The notes under the pieces: generated by a model
Seen by the model: only the letters and a program-made list of their open reading frames with translations
What the model was told of the DNA's origin: nothing
Databases searched by the model: none
Shown: piece by piece, positions 1-10,648 of the stretch
How positions within the stretch are numbered: the first letter of the stretch is position 1
Layout of the letters: each line of letters starts with the position of its first letter
Program-made: the position numbers and the translations under genes
From: Chloroflexota bacterium
GTDB lineage: Bacteria > Chloroflexota > Dehalococcoidia > Lucifugimonadales > UBA3495
Reading direction: 5' to 3'
Length of the DNA: 58,234 nt
NCBI GenBank assembly: GCA_002721995.1
Contig: PBMF01000015.1
Location: 7,141-65,374 of the forward strand

Positions 1-1508
1 ACGTTGGCCTGGGCCTGGTTGTCGCCGCCGGGGCAGCCGATGGTCATGACCGGTTGGCCGTCCTTGTGGGCGATGTAGTTGATGAGGGTGGTGCGGGGGC
101 GCTTTCCCGGTTCCACCACGTTGGGATGGCCCTCTTCGCAGTTGAACATCTCGATGCGGGTGCTGAGGCAGCAGCCCAGGTCCGGGAAGAACACCGATTT
201 GGCGAAGGCGCCGCCGCTGATGGTACCGCAGACCAGGTTGCCCTGGTCGTCCAGCGCCGAGACGTGGGTGGTACCATCGTGGGCCGAGTCGTCGGTTGCC
301 CCGTTCATGCCGCCGCCGTTGGTGCCGACCACCGTGGCTTCACGCTGGGCAACGCCGTTGGAGTATCTCCAGGGGTCGCCGGGGGCCCGCTGGGTGGGGT
401 AGGCGCCCTCGGGGTCCACCAGCTGGGCGCGCTCGGCGGCGTACTCCTTGGACAGCAGGCCGTCTATGGGAACTTCGGCGTAATCTGGGTCGCCGTAGTA
501 ACCCTCGCGGTCGCCGAAGACCAGTTTGAACACCTCTGAGACGGTGTGGATGTATTCGGGACTGTTGTGGCCCATGGACTTCAGGTCGAAATTCTCCAGC
601 ATGTTCAGGGACTGCTGGACCATGGGGCCCTGAGACCAGGAGTCGTGGCCGAATATCTCATGGCCTTCGAAGGTTGTGGAGACGGCCTGGCCGAACTGGC
701 TCTCGTAGTTGGCCAGGTCTCCCATGGTCAGGATACCGCCCACCTTCTCCGAGTTCTGGACGATGGTCTTGGCCACCGAACCCTTGTAGAACACGTCCTT
801 GGCGGCCTTCAGTCCGGCGGCCCGGTCGCCTTCCACGGCGGCGTCGGACATGGCCTTCAGTGTGTTGGCCAGGCCGGGCTGGACCAGGATGTCGCCGGGT
901 TTGGGCAGTTCCTTGTTGTTGAAGAACACGTCCCAGCCGCCCGGCGGGTAGTTATCGAATTGGATGGGTGTGTTGGGCGACTTGAGCCGCTCAATCATGT
1001 ACTCGTAGTGGGGGATGCCCTTCTCGGCGTACTCGATGGCCGGGGCCAGCACCTGGTCGATGGTCATGGTGCCGTAGCGCTCCAGCATGGAGATGTAGGC
1101 GTGCACGATGCCGGGCAGGGTGAAGGAGAAGTGGGCCTGGTCTCCGGGGCCGGTGGGGATGCGGTCCATGCCCCGGGACTTGTAGAACTCGGCGGTGGCC
1201 TTGCCGGGGGCGGTGCCCTGTCCGCTGAGGGAGAGGGTCTCGCCGGTGGCCGCGTCGTGGAGCATGAAGACGCCCTCGGCGGCCAGGGAGTAGGAGGCGA
1301 TGGGTTCGATCACAGCGGCGGCGAACCCGGAGGCGACCAGGGCGTCGAAGGCATTTCCTCCGTCCAGCAGCATCCGCATGCCGGCCATGGAGGTCAGGTA
1401 ATGCCCGCTGGAGATGACTCCCTTGGTGGAGCGGACCACCGGTCTTCCGGTATCCGGCAGGTTGATGTCTCCCTGCTCAAGTTCGTGGTGCGCTGTCTGA
1501 ATGGCCAT
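1..1508 (-). CDS. ggt: Gamma-glutamyltransferase family protein (3' end runs off the window)
   Basis: Manual minus-strand translation from ATG 1508 (upstream GAGGAAG): MAIQTAHH...GGNAFDALVA...; small-subunit nucleophile motif GTTHVSALDDQGN, then PGKRPRTT and GCPGG. Missing from the ORF track because it is open at the edge. Confidence 0.9.
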   Translation of the reverse strand, partial: MAIQTAHHELEQGDINLPDTGRPVVRSTKGVISSGHYLTSMAGMRMLLDGGNAFDALVASGFAAAVIEPIASYSLAAEGVFMLHDAATGETLSLSGQGTAPGKATAEFYKSRGMDRIPTGPGDQAHFSFTLPGIVHAYISMLERYGTMTIDQVLAPAIEYAEKGIPHYEYMIERLKSPNTPIQFDNYPPGGWDVFFNNKELPKPGDILVQPGLANTLKAMSDAAVEGDRAAGLKAAKDVFYKGSVAKTIVQNSEKVGGILTMGDLANYESQFGQAVSTTFEGHEIFGHDSWSQGPMVQQSLNMLENFDLKSMGHNSPEYIHTVSEVFKLVFGDREGYYGDPDYAEVPIDGLLSKEYAAERAQLVDPEGAYPTQRAPGDPWRYSNGVAQREATVVGTNGGGMNGATDDSAHDGTTHVSALDDQGNLVCGTISGGAFAKSVFFPDLGCCLSTRIEMFNCEEGHPNVVEPGKRPRTTLINYIAHKDGQPVMTIGCPGGDNQAQAN

Positions 1509-1713
1509 GCTTTCTTCCTCAAGTGGTCTTAGGATGTTTTTATTGTTGTCGAGTGGCAGCTATTGGCGTGAGAGGTTGTGCGGTCCAGGCCGTCCCAATG
1601 GCGATGACGGAATCAGGAAGGGACCACCCTTATTGCCGTATGTTGACAGTAGTATAGACCTTTGTACACCGCTCCGGTCTATTCCGGTAGTTCAAATCTG
1701 TGTTCCAACCTCT

Positions 1714-2790
1714 CTAGATGCCAGTGATCTCCTCTGATTTCATTCGTGTCACGCCCCACCCAGCCATCCAAGAGGAGTGGCGTCCTTCCCCGCCGGCAAC
1801 AAGTACGGCTATGTCTTCTTGGGACCGCACTATGGGCAGAAGGTAGTCCGGGTCATCCTCGTCCACCCAATCGGGCCAGTTATGGTTCCCGTAATGGGTG
1901 TTGCCGACAAGCTCTGAGATGGGCATCCGTGCCTCTTTGAAGATGTACTCTTGGATATCTTGCTTGGTAAACCCGGCGTTGGACACTTCGACGGCGTGTT
2001 CGGGACAGAGGACGATGATGAGCTGGGCCCCGCTGCCGGTCTGATAGTAATTGGAGATGCCGCCGGCCTTCATGTTCGATACGAACCCGTGCAACACCTC
2101 GAGTCCGGGTTCCCATTTGATGCCGGACCCGGACGTGAATATCGTATTGTGGACGCCTCTAACGCCCGCCAGCGTCACCACGCTGGCCTGCTCCGGGAAC
2201 CCGAGGGTGACGTGATGGGGTTCCCAGGGGGACTGTTCTTCGTTCTCCGCGAAGCAGAAGCTGTAACGGCCCGGAGTTGATTGGGTTGCCTTGTCCATCA
2301 CGCCGGGAATCAGGTCGCCGATATTACGGACCGCCAGCCGCAATGCCCTGCCTATGGTGGCATTTGCCCGGTATCCCGGTCCAAAACAGCCTGCGTCTCC
2401 GCTGATGCCCAATCTCCCCGCGATGGTGCCGTTGACGATGATCACCTGAGCGGCGCCGCCCGTGGTGGCTGCGTGCCCGCCCAGGTTGAAATCTTGGTCC
2501 AGGGCCGCCTTCATGCTGGCCACGACGACCGGAAAATATTCCGGGAGACATCCCGCCATCACCGCGTTCACGGCCAGCTTCTCCAGGGTAACCAGGGAAT
2601 TGCTTGGTTCTATCCGGCCCAGGGGTACCGAGTGGTCACCGGGCATGGCAGACAACATATCGAGGACCGACGATTCCGTGGGAGGGACCACTGGCAGACC
2701 GTCCGTCCAGCCCTTTTCCCAACACAGGTCTTGGATGGAGAGATATTGGTCGGATACCGTCCATCGCTTGGAGTTAAGTTGCATATTCAT
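1714..2790 (-). CDS. Conserved protein of the DGLPxxPPT family (often paired with UGSC-type (seleno)proteins); function unknown
   Basis: Motifs GWTDGLPVVPPT, EKLAVNAVMAGCLPEYFPVV, RANATIGRALRL, AENEEQSPW; GAGGG SD upstream. Confidence 0.75.
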   Translation of the reverse strand: MNMQLNSKRWTVSDQYLSIQDLCWEKGWTDGLPVVPPTESSVLDMLSAMPGDHSVPLGRIEPSNSLVTLEKLAVNAVMAGCLPEYFPVVVASMKAALDQDFNLGGHAATTGGAAQVIIVNGTIAGRLGISGDAGCFGPGYRANATIGRALRLAVRNIGDLIPGVMDKATQSTPGRYSFCFAENEEQSPWEPHHVTLGFPEQASVVTLAGVRGVHNTIFTSGSGIKWEPGLEVLHGFVSNMKAGGISNYYQTGSGAQLIIVLCPEHAVEVSNAGFTKQDIQEYIFKEARMPISELVGNTHYGNHNWPDWVDEDDPDYLLPIVRSQEDIAVLVAGGEGRHSSWMAGWGVTRMKSEEITGI

Positions 2791-2826
2791 CCCTCACGGC
2801 CAGCGCAAGGCATTTGGAAAGCTGGT

Positions 2827-2858
2827 AAGAAAAAGCCCCTTCCAGCTTGGAAAGGGCC
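2827..2858 (-). terminator. Intrinsic terminator downstream of tRNA-Pro
   Basis: Minus strand GGCCCTTTCCAAGCTGGAAGGGGC followed by TTTTTCTT. Confidence 0.65.
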
Positions 2859-2952
2859 ATGTTGGTGCTGATTGGGATGCCTGAGTCGCACCTAGTGTTT
2901 GGGCCGGAAGGCCTTCCGTCCAAGCCGCGTGCTCTACGGACCGGGTGATTTT

Positions 2953-3027
2953 TGGTCGGGGTGAAAGGATTTGAACCTTCGACCTCGTCGTCCCGAACGA
3001 CGCGCGCTACCCCTGCGCTACACCCCG
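2953..3027 (-). tRNA. tRNA-Pro (anticodon CGG)
   Basis: Reverse complement CGGGGTGTAGCGCAGGGGTAGCGCGCGTCGTTCGGGACGACGAGGTCGAAGGTTCAAATCCTTTCACCCCGACCA: acceptor stem, anticodon arm CGTCG-TTCGGGA-CGACG, GTTCAAATC T-loop, encoded CCA. Confidence 0.96.
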
Positions 3028-3137
3028 ACTTTCGCCTGCCGCCGGCTGTCCCCTGCGCGCCAGGCGCCGGGACCGCTCTCGGGCGGGCACAGGTATTATA
3101 CCCCAACCCAGTCTCCATTGGGTCACGGCCCAGACAC

Positions 3138-3186
3138 AAAAAGAAAAGCCCGCCGCTCCCTGAGGTTGGTGGTACTGCGGGCTTTC
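3138..3186 (-). terminator. Probable intrinsic terminator of the TlpA gene
   Basis: Minus strand AAAGCCCGC...GCGGGCTTTT followed by CTTTTT. Confidence 0.55.
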
Positions 3187-3209
3187 GCTTCAATCCGGGT
3201 AAGGGGCTG

Positions 3210-3773
3210 TTACCGGGCCAGCATCTCGTCCGTCTTTTCCTCCAGGGTGGAGCGGGTCAGTGCCCCGGTCCACTTGTCGTGGATGGTGCCGTCGGCGTTG
3301 ATGAAGACTGTGGTGGGCATGCCCAGCACTTTGTAGTTCCGGATAACCTGGTCATCTTCGGTATACCCAGCCGGGTAACTCACGCCCAGATCGTTGAGCA
3401 GCTCTTGGGCGTCTTCAAGGTTCCCCAGGCCGGTGAACTGTCCCAGGTCGATGCCAAGGAGCAACGCCCGGTCTTCGTATTCGTTAGAGAACTCCTGAAG
3501 GTCGGGCATCTCGGCCCGGCAGGGCGGGCAAAGCCCGGCCCAGAAGTTCAAGACGATTGGTTTTTCGCCTGTCAGGTCGTGGAAATTGATGTCCTGACCG
3601 CCCACAACGTCCTGACCCTGGAACATGGATATGAGGAAATCGGGCGCCAGGTCCCCGTTCTGCTCGTTCTGGTCAATGACCTGGGTGTCTCCGTTGGTAC
3701 TGCCGCCGCACGCGGCAAACAGCAGGGCCACAGCCATGGCTAATACCAAAGCGTATCGCCTTTGGGCGCCCAT
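3210..3773 (-). CDS. TlpA/ResA-family thiol-disulfide oxidoreductase, lipoprotein
   Basis: Lipobox LFAAC, APDF, VLNFWAGLCPPCRAEMP, GMPTTVFI; start taken at ATG 3773 (track extends to 3833). Confidence 0.88.
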   Translation of the reverse strand: MGAQRRYALVLAMAVALLFAACGGSTNGDTQVIDQNEQNGDLAPDFLISMFQGQDVVGGQDINFHDLTGEKPIVLNFWAGLCPPCRAEMPDLQEFSNEYEDRALLLGIDLGQFTGLGNLEDAQELLNDLGVSYPAGYTEDDQVIRNYKVLGMPTTVFINADGTIHDKWTGALTRSTLEEKTDEMLAR

Positions 3774-4005
3774 GATCCTTGCCTTGGATAGTGTTTGGTT
3801 CAAAGTCCCTCCGGAAAATACCGGGGTGTCCATACCGCAGGCGGCATATTTGCATTTTGATGTGTGTCAGCCGCTATGGGTGCACCAATTAATTAGAGCA
3901 CGCTCCAGGGTATCACTGGTAAGCCGCACGGGAGAGAACAGGTTGGCTGACGTGCTCTGGTATAAATACGCCCGATGGCTCAAACCGGTTTGTTTTGGAC
4001 GCGAA

Positions 4006-7000
4006 TTATTCGGCGGGAATTCCGCCGGCCAGGGCCTTAAGGTTCTCTTGGAATACCCAGAAGCGTTCCAGCATCCGGGTCAGCCGGCTCAGCCATTCGT
4101 CGCCCAGCCGGCGCAGGGGCATCTGCATCTGGGAATTGCCCACCTGGACGTTGGGGCCCAGTGCCCGCTGCAGGAGCACCCGTGCCCCGCCCACCGGAGT
4201 CCGCAGGGCCAGGTTTATGGCCTCGCTGCCCCGCGTGATGGACTCGATGCCCACGGCGGCGGCCATGGCCCGCAGATCCGCCAGGGTGAGCAGGTTTTCG
4301 ACCTCTTCCGGCAGGGGGCCGAACCGGTCCTGGAGTTCTTCCCGAATCTCTGGCACGTCATCCCGGTCCGTCATCTTGGCCAGGCGCTGGTAGACCGCCA
4401 AACGGGTAGGCAGGTGGTCCAGGTAGTCCTCGGGGATGCGGGCGTTCAGCGGCAGTTCCACCCGGGGCAGGTCGGCTATCAGGGGTTCGCCGGTGGCCTG
4501 CTTGCCCGATGCCTCTTCCAGCTCTTTGACGGCCTGGTTCAGGAGCTGGGTGTAGAGGTCCAGGCCCACTTCCTGGATGTGGCCGCTCTGGTTGGCGCCC
4601 AGGATGTTGCCCGCGCCGCGTATCTCCAAATCTCGCATGGCGATGCGGAACCCGGCGCCCAGTTCCGAGGCTTCCAGGATGGCCTGCAGCCGGTGCTCGG
4701 CGGCCTCGGTGGTGCGCCGTCCCCGGGGCGCCAGCAGGTAGGTGTAGGCGCGGTGCTCGCCCCGGCCCACCCTGCCCCTCAGTTGGTAGAGTTGGGCCAG
4801 GCCGAAGCGGTCCGCCCGTTCCACGATCAGGGTGTTGACGTTGGGCATGTCCAGGCCGGACTCGATGATGGTGGTGCAGACCATCACATCGGCCTCATGG
4901 TTGGCGAAGTTCACCATCACGTCTTCCAGGTCCGACTCGGGCATCTGGCCGTGGCCCACCATGACGCGGGCGTTGGGCACCAGCTTGAGGATATCCCCAG
5001 CGGCCTGGTGGATGGTGCGGACCCGGTTGTGCAGGTAGAAGACCTGGCCGCCCCGCTCCATCTCGCGGAGGATGGCCTCCTTGATAACGTCTTCCGAGTA
5101 TTCGGAAACGAAGGTCTTCACCGGTAGCCGGGCCTCGGGGGCCGACTCCATGGTGCTCAGGTCGCGGATGCCCGCCAGGGCCATGTTCAGCGTGCGGGGG
5201 ATTGGCGTGGCGCTGAGGGTGAGCACGTCCACCTGTTGGCGCAGCCGCTTGAGCCGCTCCTTGTGACTGACGCCGAACCGCTGTTCTTCGTCTACCACCG
5301 CCAGGCCCAGGTTCTTGAAATGCACATCCTTCTGGAGCAGCCGGTGGGTGCCGATCACGATGTCCACGCTGCCGTCTTTCAGCCCTTCGATAACGCCCTG
5401 CTGTTCTTTGGCGGTGCGGAAGCGGCTCAGCACCTCCACCTTGACCGGGAAGGGGCTCAGCCTTTCGCTGAAGGTGGCGTAGTGCTGTTGAGCCAGCACG
5501 GTGGTGGGAACGAGCACCCCCACCTGCATACCGTCGCTCACCGACTTGAAGGCGGCACGGAGGGCGACCTCGGTCTTGCCGTATCCCACGTCGCCGCAGA
5601 TGAGCCGGTCCATGGGACGGGGTGTCTCCATGTCCTGCTTCACGTCGGCGATGGCGGTGGCCTGGTCAGGGGTCTCAACGAAGGGGAAGGAGTCCTCCAG
5701 TTCCTGTTGCCAGACGGTGTCGCCGCTGTGTTCGTGGCCCTTGGCCAAGGCCCGTGCCGCGTTAACCCGCAGCAGTTCCTCGGCCATCTCCCGGGTGGCC
5801 GCCTTCACCTTCTGCTTGACCCTGGTCCATTCCGAGGTGCTGAGGCGGGTGAGGCTGGGCTGCTGGTCCTGGGCGCCCACGTAAGCCGACACCCGGTCCA
5901 GGTGGTCGGTGGGGACATACAGCTTGTCGTTTTCGGCGTATTCCAGGATCAGGTACTCTTTCTCGTCGTCGCCCTCGCCGATGTGGGTGGTCCCGGCGAA
6001 CTGGGCCACGCCGTGGTCGATGTGCACCACGTGGGTGCCGGGCACCAGGTCGGCCAGTACAACTTCTGGGCCGTGCTCCACCCTCCGGCGGCGGCGGTAG
6101 CGCTGCTCCTTGACGGTGCCGAACAACTCCGAGTCGGTAAGCAGAACCAGAGTGGTGGCGTCGCCGTTGTCCTCGCCGTCCTTGGGCAGTTCAACGGTCC
6201 AGCCCTCCCGCAGCGAGCCGGGCAGCAGGGTGACCTGTCCTGGGCTGGGGGCGGTGTCCACCGAGTCCGACTGGGTGACGCCGATGCCCTCCTGCTCCAG
6301 GATCTCGGCGACCCGGCGTTGGTGCTGGGTCACGGCCACAACGGCGTGGTTGGACTCCTGGTGACGGCGGATGTCGGCTGCGGCGTCATCCAGCTTCCCG
6401 TAGTACTGGTTTGATGGCTGGAATATACGGTCCTCGTCGTCGCTGACCCAGGTCTGGAGCTGCATCTGGGGGACGCCGCTCAGCCGGTTGGAGAACTCCT
6501 CCCAGCCCATGTGGGGCGCGGGGAAATTCATGGGCAGTTCGCCCCGATCCTCGCGGGCCTCACGCATGCGGTCGAAGCGTTCCTCCAGTTCCTGGGCCTC
6601 GGCTTCCACCCGGCCCGAGCGCTCAAGGACAACCAACCCATTGGCGCCGATGTACTCCATGAGGTGGGCCTGGTTGCAGAGGCCGTTGTAGAACCAGTAG
6701 GTCTCCGGGTTTGGCGCCGAATCCAGAAGGGCCATCTCCTCGGCCATCCGGTCACGGACTTCGTCGTTGCATTTGGCGTAGTCCAGGGCCCCGGTCAGGG
6801 ACTCGATGGTCTGGGGGTTGGTCAGGCCGGGAAGCTGTTCCCGGGCCGGTACCAGGTGGACCCGGTCGGTCTGCCGGATGGAACGCTGGGACACCGGGTC
6901 GAAGTAGCGGATGGTGTCGATCTCGTCGTCGAAGAGCTCGATGCGCAGCGGCCAATCAGCGCCGGTGGGATAGACGTCCAGGATACCGCCCCGGTGGCTG

Positions 7001-7572
7001 AAACTGCCCGGCGCTTCCACCACTGGCTCGTGGCGGTAGCCCAGGTCCACCCACTGGGTGAGCAGGTCGGCCAGGCGCACCCGGTCACCGGTCTTCCACA
7101 GGCTGAGTTCTCCGGTGATGGGGTAGACGCCGGCCATAAGTTCCGGCGGCAGGGTGTAGATCAGGGCCGAACCGATGGAGCAGACGACCAAGGGCTGCAT
7201 GTCTGGGGTGACACCGGAGGACTTGCCGTCGGCGGCCAACGCGGCCAGGGCGCTGAGGCGCTGGTTGCCGGTGTTGGCGTCGGCGGCCAGCCGCTCGAAT
7301 GGCAGCACCTCGGGCTCGGGGAGGAGGTGGATGGGCTGGTCTTCACCCACGTAGGTGAGGAGTTGGTCGTGGAGCCGGCGGGCGTCTTCGGGGCGGGGCG
7401 TGACCACCAATATGGGCCCCTGTTGGCGGCACCACAAAGAAGCCAGAAACGCCGCGCGGGCGCCCTGGCGTATGGTGACGCCTGATTCATTTCCCGGACT
7501 ACCGCAGCCGTCCAGGTTCCCCCGGTGCTCGGGGTGGCGGTCCAGTAACTCCAGGACTCCCTTGAGGGTCAT
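4006..7572 (-). CDS. mfd: Transcription-repair coupling factor
   Basis: [11 protein letters not shown] (RNAP-interaction domain), [43 protein letters not shown]; likely start ATG 7572. Confidence 0.97.
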   Translation of the reverse strand: MTLKGVLELLDRHPEHRGNLDGCGSPGNESGVTIRQGARAAFLASLWCRQQGPILVVTPRPEDARRLHDQLLTYVGEDQPIHLLPEPEVLPFERLAADANTGNQRLSALAALAADGKSSGVTPDMQPLVVCSIGSALIYTLPPELMAGVYPITGELSLWKTGDRVRLADLLTQWVDLGYRHEPVVEAPGSFSHRGGILDVYPTGADWPLRIELFDDEIDTIRYFDPVSQRSIRQTDRVHLVPAREQLPGLTNPQTIESLTGALDYAKCNDEVRDRMAEEMALLDSAPNPETYWFYNGLCNQAHLMEYIGANGLVVLERSGRVEAEAQELEERFDRMREAREDRGELPMNFPAPHMGWEEFSNRLSGVPQMQLQTWVSDDEDRIFQPSNQYYGKLDDAAADIRRHQESNHAVVAVTQHQRRVAEILEQEGIGVTQSDSVDTAPSPGQVTLLPGSLREGWTVELPKDGEDNGDATTLVLLTDSELFGTVKEQRYRRRRRVEHGPEVVLADLVPGTHVVHIDHGVAQFAGTTHIGEGDDEKEYLILEYAENDKLYVPTDHLDRVSAYVGAQDQQPSLTRLSTSEWTRVKQKVKAATREMAEELLRVNAARALAKGHEHSGDTVWQQELEDSFPFVETPDQATAIADVKQDMETPRPMDRLICGDVGYGKTEVALRAAFKSVSDGMQVGVLVPTTVLAQQHYATFSERLSPFPVKVEVLSRFRTAKEQQGVIEGLKDGSVDIVIGTHRLLQKDVHFKNLGLAVVDEEQRFGVSHKERLKRLRQQVDVLTLSATPIPRTLNMALAGIRDLSTMESAPEARLPVKTFVSEYSEDVIKEAILREMERGGQVFYLHNRVRTIHQAAGDILKLVPNARVMVGHGQMPESDLEDVMVNFANHEADVMVCTTIIESGLDMPNVNTLIVERADRFGLAQLYQLRGRVGRGEHRAYTYLLAPRGRRTTEAAEHRLQAILEASELGAGFRIAMRDLEIRGAGNILGANQSGHIQEVGLDLYTQLLNQAVKELEEASGKQATGEPLIADLPRVELPLNARIPEDYLDHLPTRLAVYQRLAKMTDRDDVPEIREELQDRFGPLPEEVENLLTLADLRAMAAAVGIESITRGSEAINLALRTPVGGARVLLQRALGPNVQVGNSQMQMPLRRLGDEWLSRLTRMLERFWVFQENLKALAGGIPAE

Positions 7573-7824
7573 GCTGGGGACGAACTCTCCTACACCTTTC
7601 GCTTTTTGTGCCTTTTCAATTCGTGGCGCGGCGGAAAAGGGGCTGGCAACTGGGCCAGCCCCTTTCAATCATTCTATGACCTGGCGGCTGGTGATACAAG
7701 CGGAATTTGAGCGTAGCCCGATTCCATTGGCCCAGAGTGGTGCGTGCTATAATATTTGCCGAAACAGGGCGGTCTAGAACCGCCCGTTTTTTAGTCGTAA
7801 AAGGCCTGTAAATCAGCTATTCCT

Positions 7825-8997
7825 ATGGCCAATACCAGACAACAATCGAGGACCGCCAACGAAGCCGGTTCCGACTCAAGCGGTCCCAAGTACCGGCGCG
7901 TGGTGGTCAAGGCCGGCACCGGAGTCCTGACCGGCAACGGCGGCCTGGACGAAAAGGTCATGGACGACCTGGTCCGCCAGGTCTGCGAGTTGCGGGATGC
8001 TTCGGCCGAGGTGCTGCTGGTGACCTCCGGCGCCATCTCCGCCGGACGCTCTGCCCTGGGCCGGTCCCGGGCCGACACGGACCAGGACATATCGACACGC
8101 CAGGTCTTCGCCGCCGTGGGCCAGAGCCGGCTGATGCACACCTACCAGCAGATGTTCGAGTCCCGCGGCGGCCAGGTGGCCCAGACCCTGCTCACCATCT
8201 CCGACCTCTCCGACCGGCAGTCCTACCTCAACGTGGGCAACACCCTGCAGCGGCTCTTGGAACTGGGTGTGGTGCCGGTGGTCAATGAGAATGACGTTGT
8301 GGCGGTGGATGAGATCGGCGAGGTCTTCGGCGATAATGACCGCCTTTCCGCCCTGGTGGCCAACCTGATCGACGCCGACCTGCTGCTGGTGCTCACCGAC
8401 ACCGATGGCCTCTACTCCGCCGACCCCAAGACCGACCCCAACGCCACACTGATCGAAGAAGTGGCGCAGGTGGACGCAGACATCGAAGCCCTGGCCGGAG
8501 AGGAACTGCACCCCTGGGCCAGGGGCGGCATGGCCACCAAACTGGAGGCCGCCAAACTGGTCACAACCTCGGGAATCCCCATGGTGATGTGCCACGGCCG
8601 GGCCGAAGACGCCGTGCTCAGGGCCGTCAAAGGCGAGCAGGTGGGCACCTATTTCCGTCCCGCCGACGGCAAGATGGAGGCCCGCAAGCGCTGGATGCTG
8701 AGCGGTATCTCCCAGAGGGGGCAGGTCACCGTTGACACCGGCGCCGCCGGGGCACTCAAGGACGACCACCGCAGCCTATTACCGGCGGGCATCCAGACCG
8801 TTCAGGGCGAGTTCAACCGGGGCGAGTCCATCTATGTCGTGGACGCCAAGGGCAAGAAGATCGCCTGCGGCATCGCCAACTACGGGGCCCGGGACATCGC
8901 CAAGATTATCGGCCTGCGCTCCGACCGGATAGAAGAGACTCTGGGCTACCACTACGGACAGGAAGTGGTGCACCGGAACAACCTGGTGCTTCTGTAA
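7825..8997 (+). CDS. proB: Glutamate 5-kinase with PUA domain
   Basis: VVVKAGT, VTSGAI, NENDVV, FGDNDRLSALVA, GGMATKL, C-terminal VVHRNNL. Confidence 0.96.
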   Translation: MANTRQQSRTANEAGSDSSGPKYRRVVVKAGTGVLTGNGGLDEKVMDDLVRQVCELRDASAEVLLVTSGAISAGRSALGRSRADTDQDISTRQVFAAVGQSRLMHTYQQMFESRGGQVAQTLLTISDLSDRQSYLNVGNTLQRLLELGVVPVVNENDVVAVDEIGEVFGDNDRLSALVANLIDADLLLVLTDTDGLYSADPKTDPNATLIEEVAQVDADIEALAGEELHPWARGGMATKLEAAKLVTTSGIPMVMCHGRAEDAVLRAVKGEQVGTYFRPADGKMEARKRWMLSGISQRGQVTVDTGAAGALKDDHRSLLPAGIQTVQGEFNRGESIYVVDAKGKKIACGIANYGARDIAKIIGLRSDRIEETLGYHYGQEVVHRNNLVLL

Positions 8998-8999
8998 CC

Positions 9000-10277
9000 A
9001 TGACCACCAAGACTGTACAGGACCTGCACGCCCTGGGCATGGCCGCCCAGAAAGCCTCCCGGGAACTGGCCCGGCTTTCCACTGACGACAAGAACCGGGT
9101 GCTCCTGAACCTTTCCAACCTGCTCCGAACGGAACAGGCGGAGGTGCTGGCGGCCAACGAGCAGGACTACGCGGAGGCCAAGGCCGACGGCATGGAAGAG
9201 TCCTATCTGGACCGCCTGCTCCTGACCTCGGAACGGCTTAACGGCACCGCCGATGAGGTACAACGGGTGGCCGAACTGCCCGATCCCGTGGGCGAGGTCA
9301 TCGAGACTTCCACCCTGCCCAATGGGCTGATCACCAGCCGCCGCCGGGTGCCACTGGGAGTGGTGGGCAGCATCTACGAGTCCCGTCCCAATGTTACTGT
9401 GGACATCTTTGGCCTGTGCCTGAAATCGGGCAACGCCTGCCTGCTTCGAGGCGGAAAGGAAACCATACGCTCCAACACGGCGCTGGTGGCATTGCTGCGC
9501 CGGGCCCTGGCCGCAGCCGGGGTGACCGAGGACGCCGTCCAGTATCTGGACAACCCGGACCGGGCGCTGGTGGACGCCATGCTGCGCATGGACCAGTTCA
9601 TCGACCTGCTGGTGCCCCGGGGCGGTGCGGGACTGGTCAGGTTCGTGGCCGAGAACGCCACCATGCCGGCGGTGACCGGCGGTGTGGGCGTCTGTCATAC
9701 CTACGTGGACCGGAACGCCAACCTGGAGATGGCGGCGGAGATAGTCCACAACGCCAAGGTCAGGCGTCCCTCCATCTGCAACGCCCTGGACACCCTGCTG
9801 GTCCATTCCGAGGTCGCCGCCGAGGGACTGCCCCTCATCGCCAAGGAACTGACGGGCTCGGGAGTGGAACTGCACTGCGACAACCGGGCGCTCAGCATCC
9901 TGGGACCGGACGCGCCCGGCACTTCTCTGCCGGCCCAAGAGGATGACTGGGGCAAGGAGTTTCTGGCCCTCATCGCCGCCGTGAAGGTGGTGGACTCCCT
10001 GGACGACGCGCTGGAGCACATCGAGACCTACGGCTCCGGCCATTCCGAGGCCATCATCACCGAGGACGAGTCGGCGGCCACCAGGTTCCTTGACGAGGTG
10101 GACGCGGCGGCGGTGTACGTCAACGCCAGCACCCAGTTCACCGACGGCGGCCAGTTCGGCCTGGGGGCCGAGGTGGGCATCAGCACCCAGAAGTTCCACG
10201 CCCGCGGACCCATGGGCCTGAAAGAGCTGACCACATACAAATGGGTCATCGTGGGCAAGGGACAGACCAGGCCCTAG
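9000..10277 (+). CDS. proA: Gamma-glutamyl phosphate reductase
   Basis: IYESRPNVT, PRGG, CNALDTLLVH, NASTQFTDGGQFGLGAEVGISTQKFHARGPMGL; 2 nt after proB. Confidence 0.97.
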   Translation: MTTKTVQDLHALGMAAQKASRELARLSTDDKNRVLLNLSNLLRTEQAEVLAANEQDYAEAKADGMEESYLDRLLLTSERLNGTADEVQRVAELPDPVGEVIETSTLPNGLITSRRRVPLGVVGSIYESRPNVTVDIFGLCLKSGNACLLRGGKETIRSNTALVALLRRALAAAGVTEDAVQYLDNPDRALVDAMLRMDQFIDLLVPRGGAGLVRFVAENATMPAVTGGVGVCHTYVDRNANLEMAAEIVHNAKVRRPSICNALDTLLVHSEVAAEGLPLIAKELTGSGVELHCDNRALSILGPDAPGTSLPAQEDDWGKEFLALIAAVKVVDSLDDALEHIETYGSGHSEAIITEDESAATRFLDEVDAAAVYVNASTQFTDGGQFGLGAEVGISTQKFHARGPMGLKELTTYKWVIVGKGQTRP

Positions 10278-10325
10278 CTATTAATCCGGACTCTACTCCA
10301 CCCCAAACACAGGGAGGAAACGTCG

Positions 10326-10634
10326 TTGGCTGAATTCAGCTTCCAGCGCGAGGTGCGCACCCCGTCTTCCGAGGCGTACATGATCATGGAACTGGACCGG
10401 CAGGTAGGCCGGGTGGACATCCATTTCACCAATGAGATGGTCCATGTCGCCATCGCCGCCGACGAGAGCCTGACGCAGGAGACAATCCAGGAGATCATCG
10501 ACTCGGTGGACGAGGACCTGGTGGACTCCGTGGGCATCAACCGGGAGAACTTCGTGGTCCACGTCTTTCAGGGCCGGGAGACCGGCGTTTTCAGCGACGA
10601 GAACGAGTTCAGCGAGGATGGCGATAATCACTAG
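10326..10634 (+). CDS. Small acidic hypothetical protein
   Basis: GGAGG SD before TTG start, coding-like composition, 102 aa. Confidence 0.7.
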   Translation: MAEFSFQREVRTPSSEAYMIMELDRQVGRVDIHFTNEMVHVAIAADESLTQETIQEIIDSVDEDLVDSVGINRENFVVHVFQGRETGVFSDENEFSEDGDNH

Positions 10635-10648
10635 GCACTAGCCCCTAG

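Noticed and set aside
546-1532. 328-aa plus-strand ORF and many similar long ORFs (e.g. 3625-5127, 27637-29181, 29461-31233)
   Set aside because: Antisense shadows of well-supported genes (ggt, mfd, ileS); expected at high GC and lacking family motifs
2860-3027. tRNA-Pro as an integration site for an island
   Set aside because: No integrase, no duplicated tRNA 3' end seen, and a terminator follows directly
7634-7667. Strong hairpin upstream of mfd as an attenuator
   Set aside because: No leader peptide or aptamer, short U tail, and it overlaps the likely transcription start
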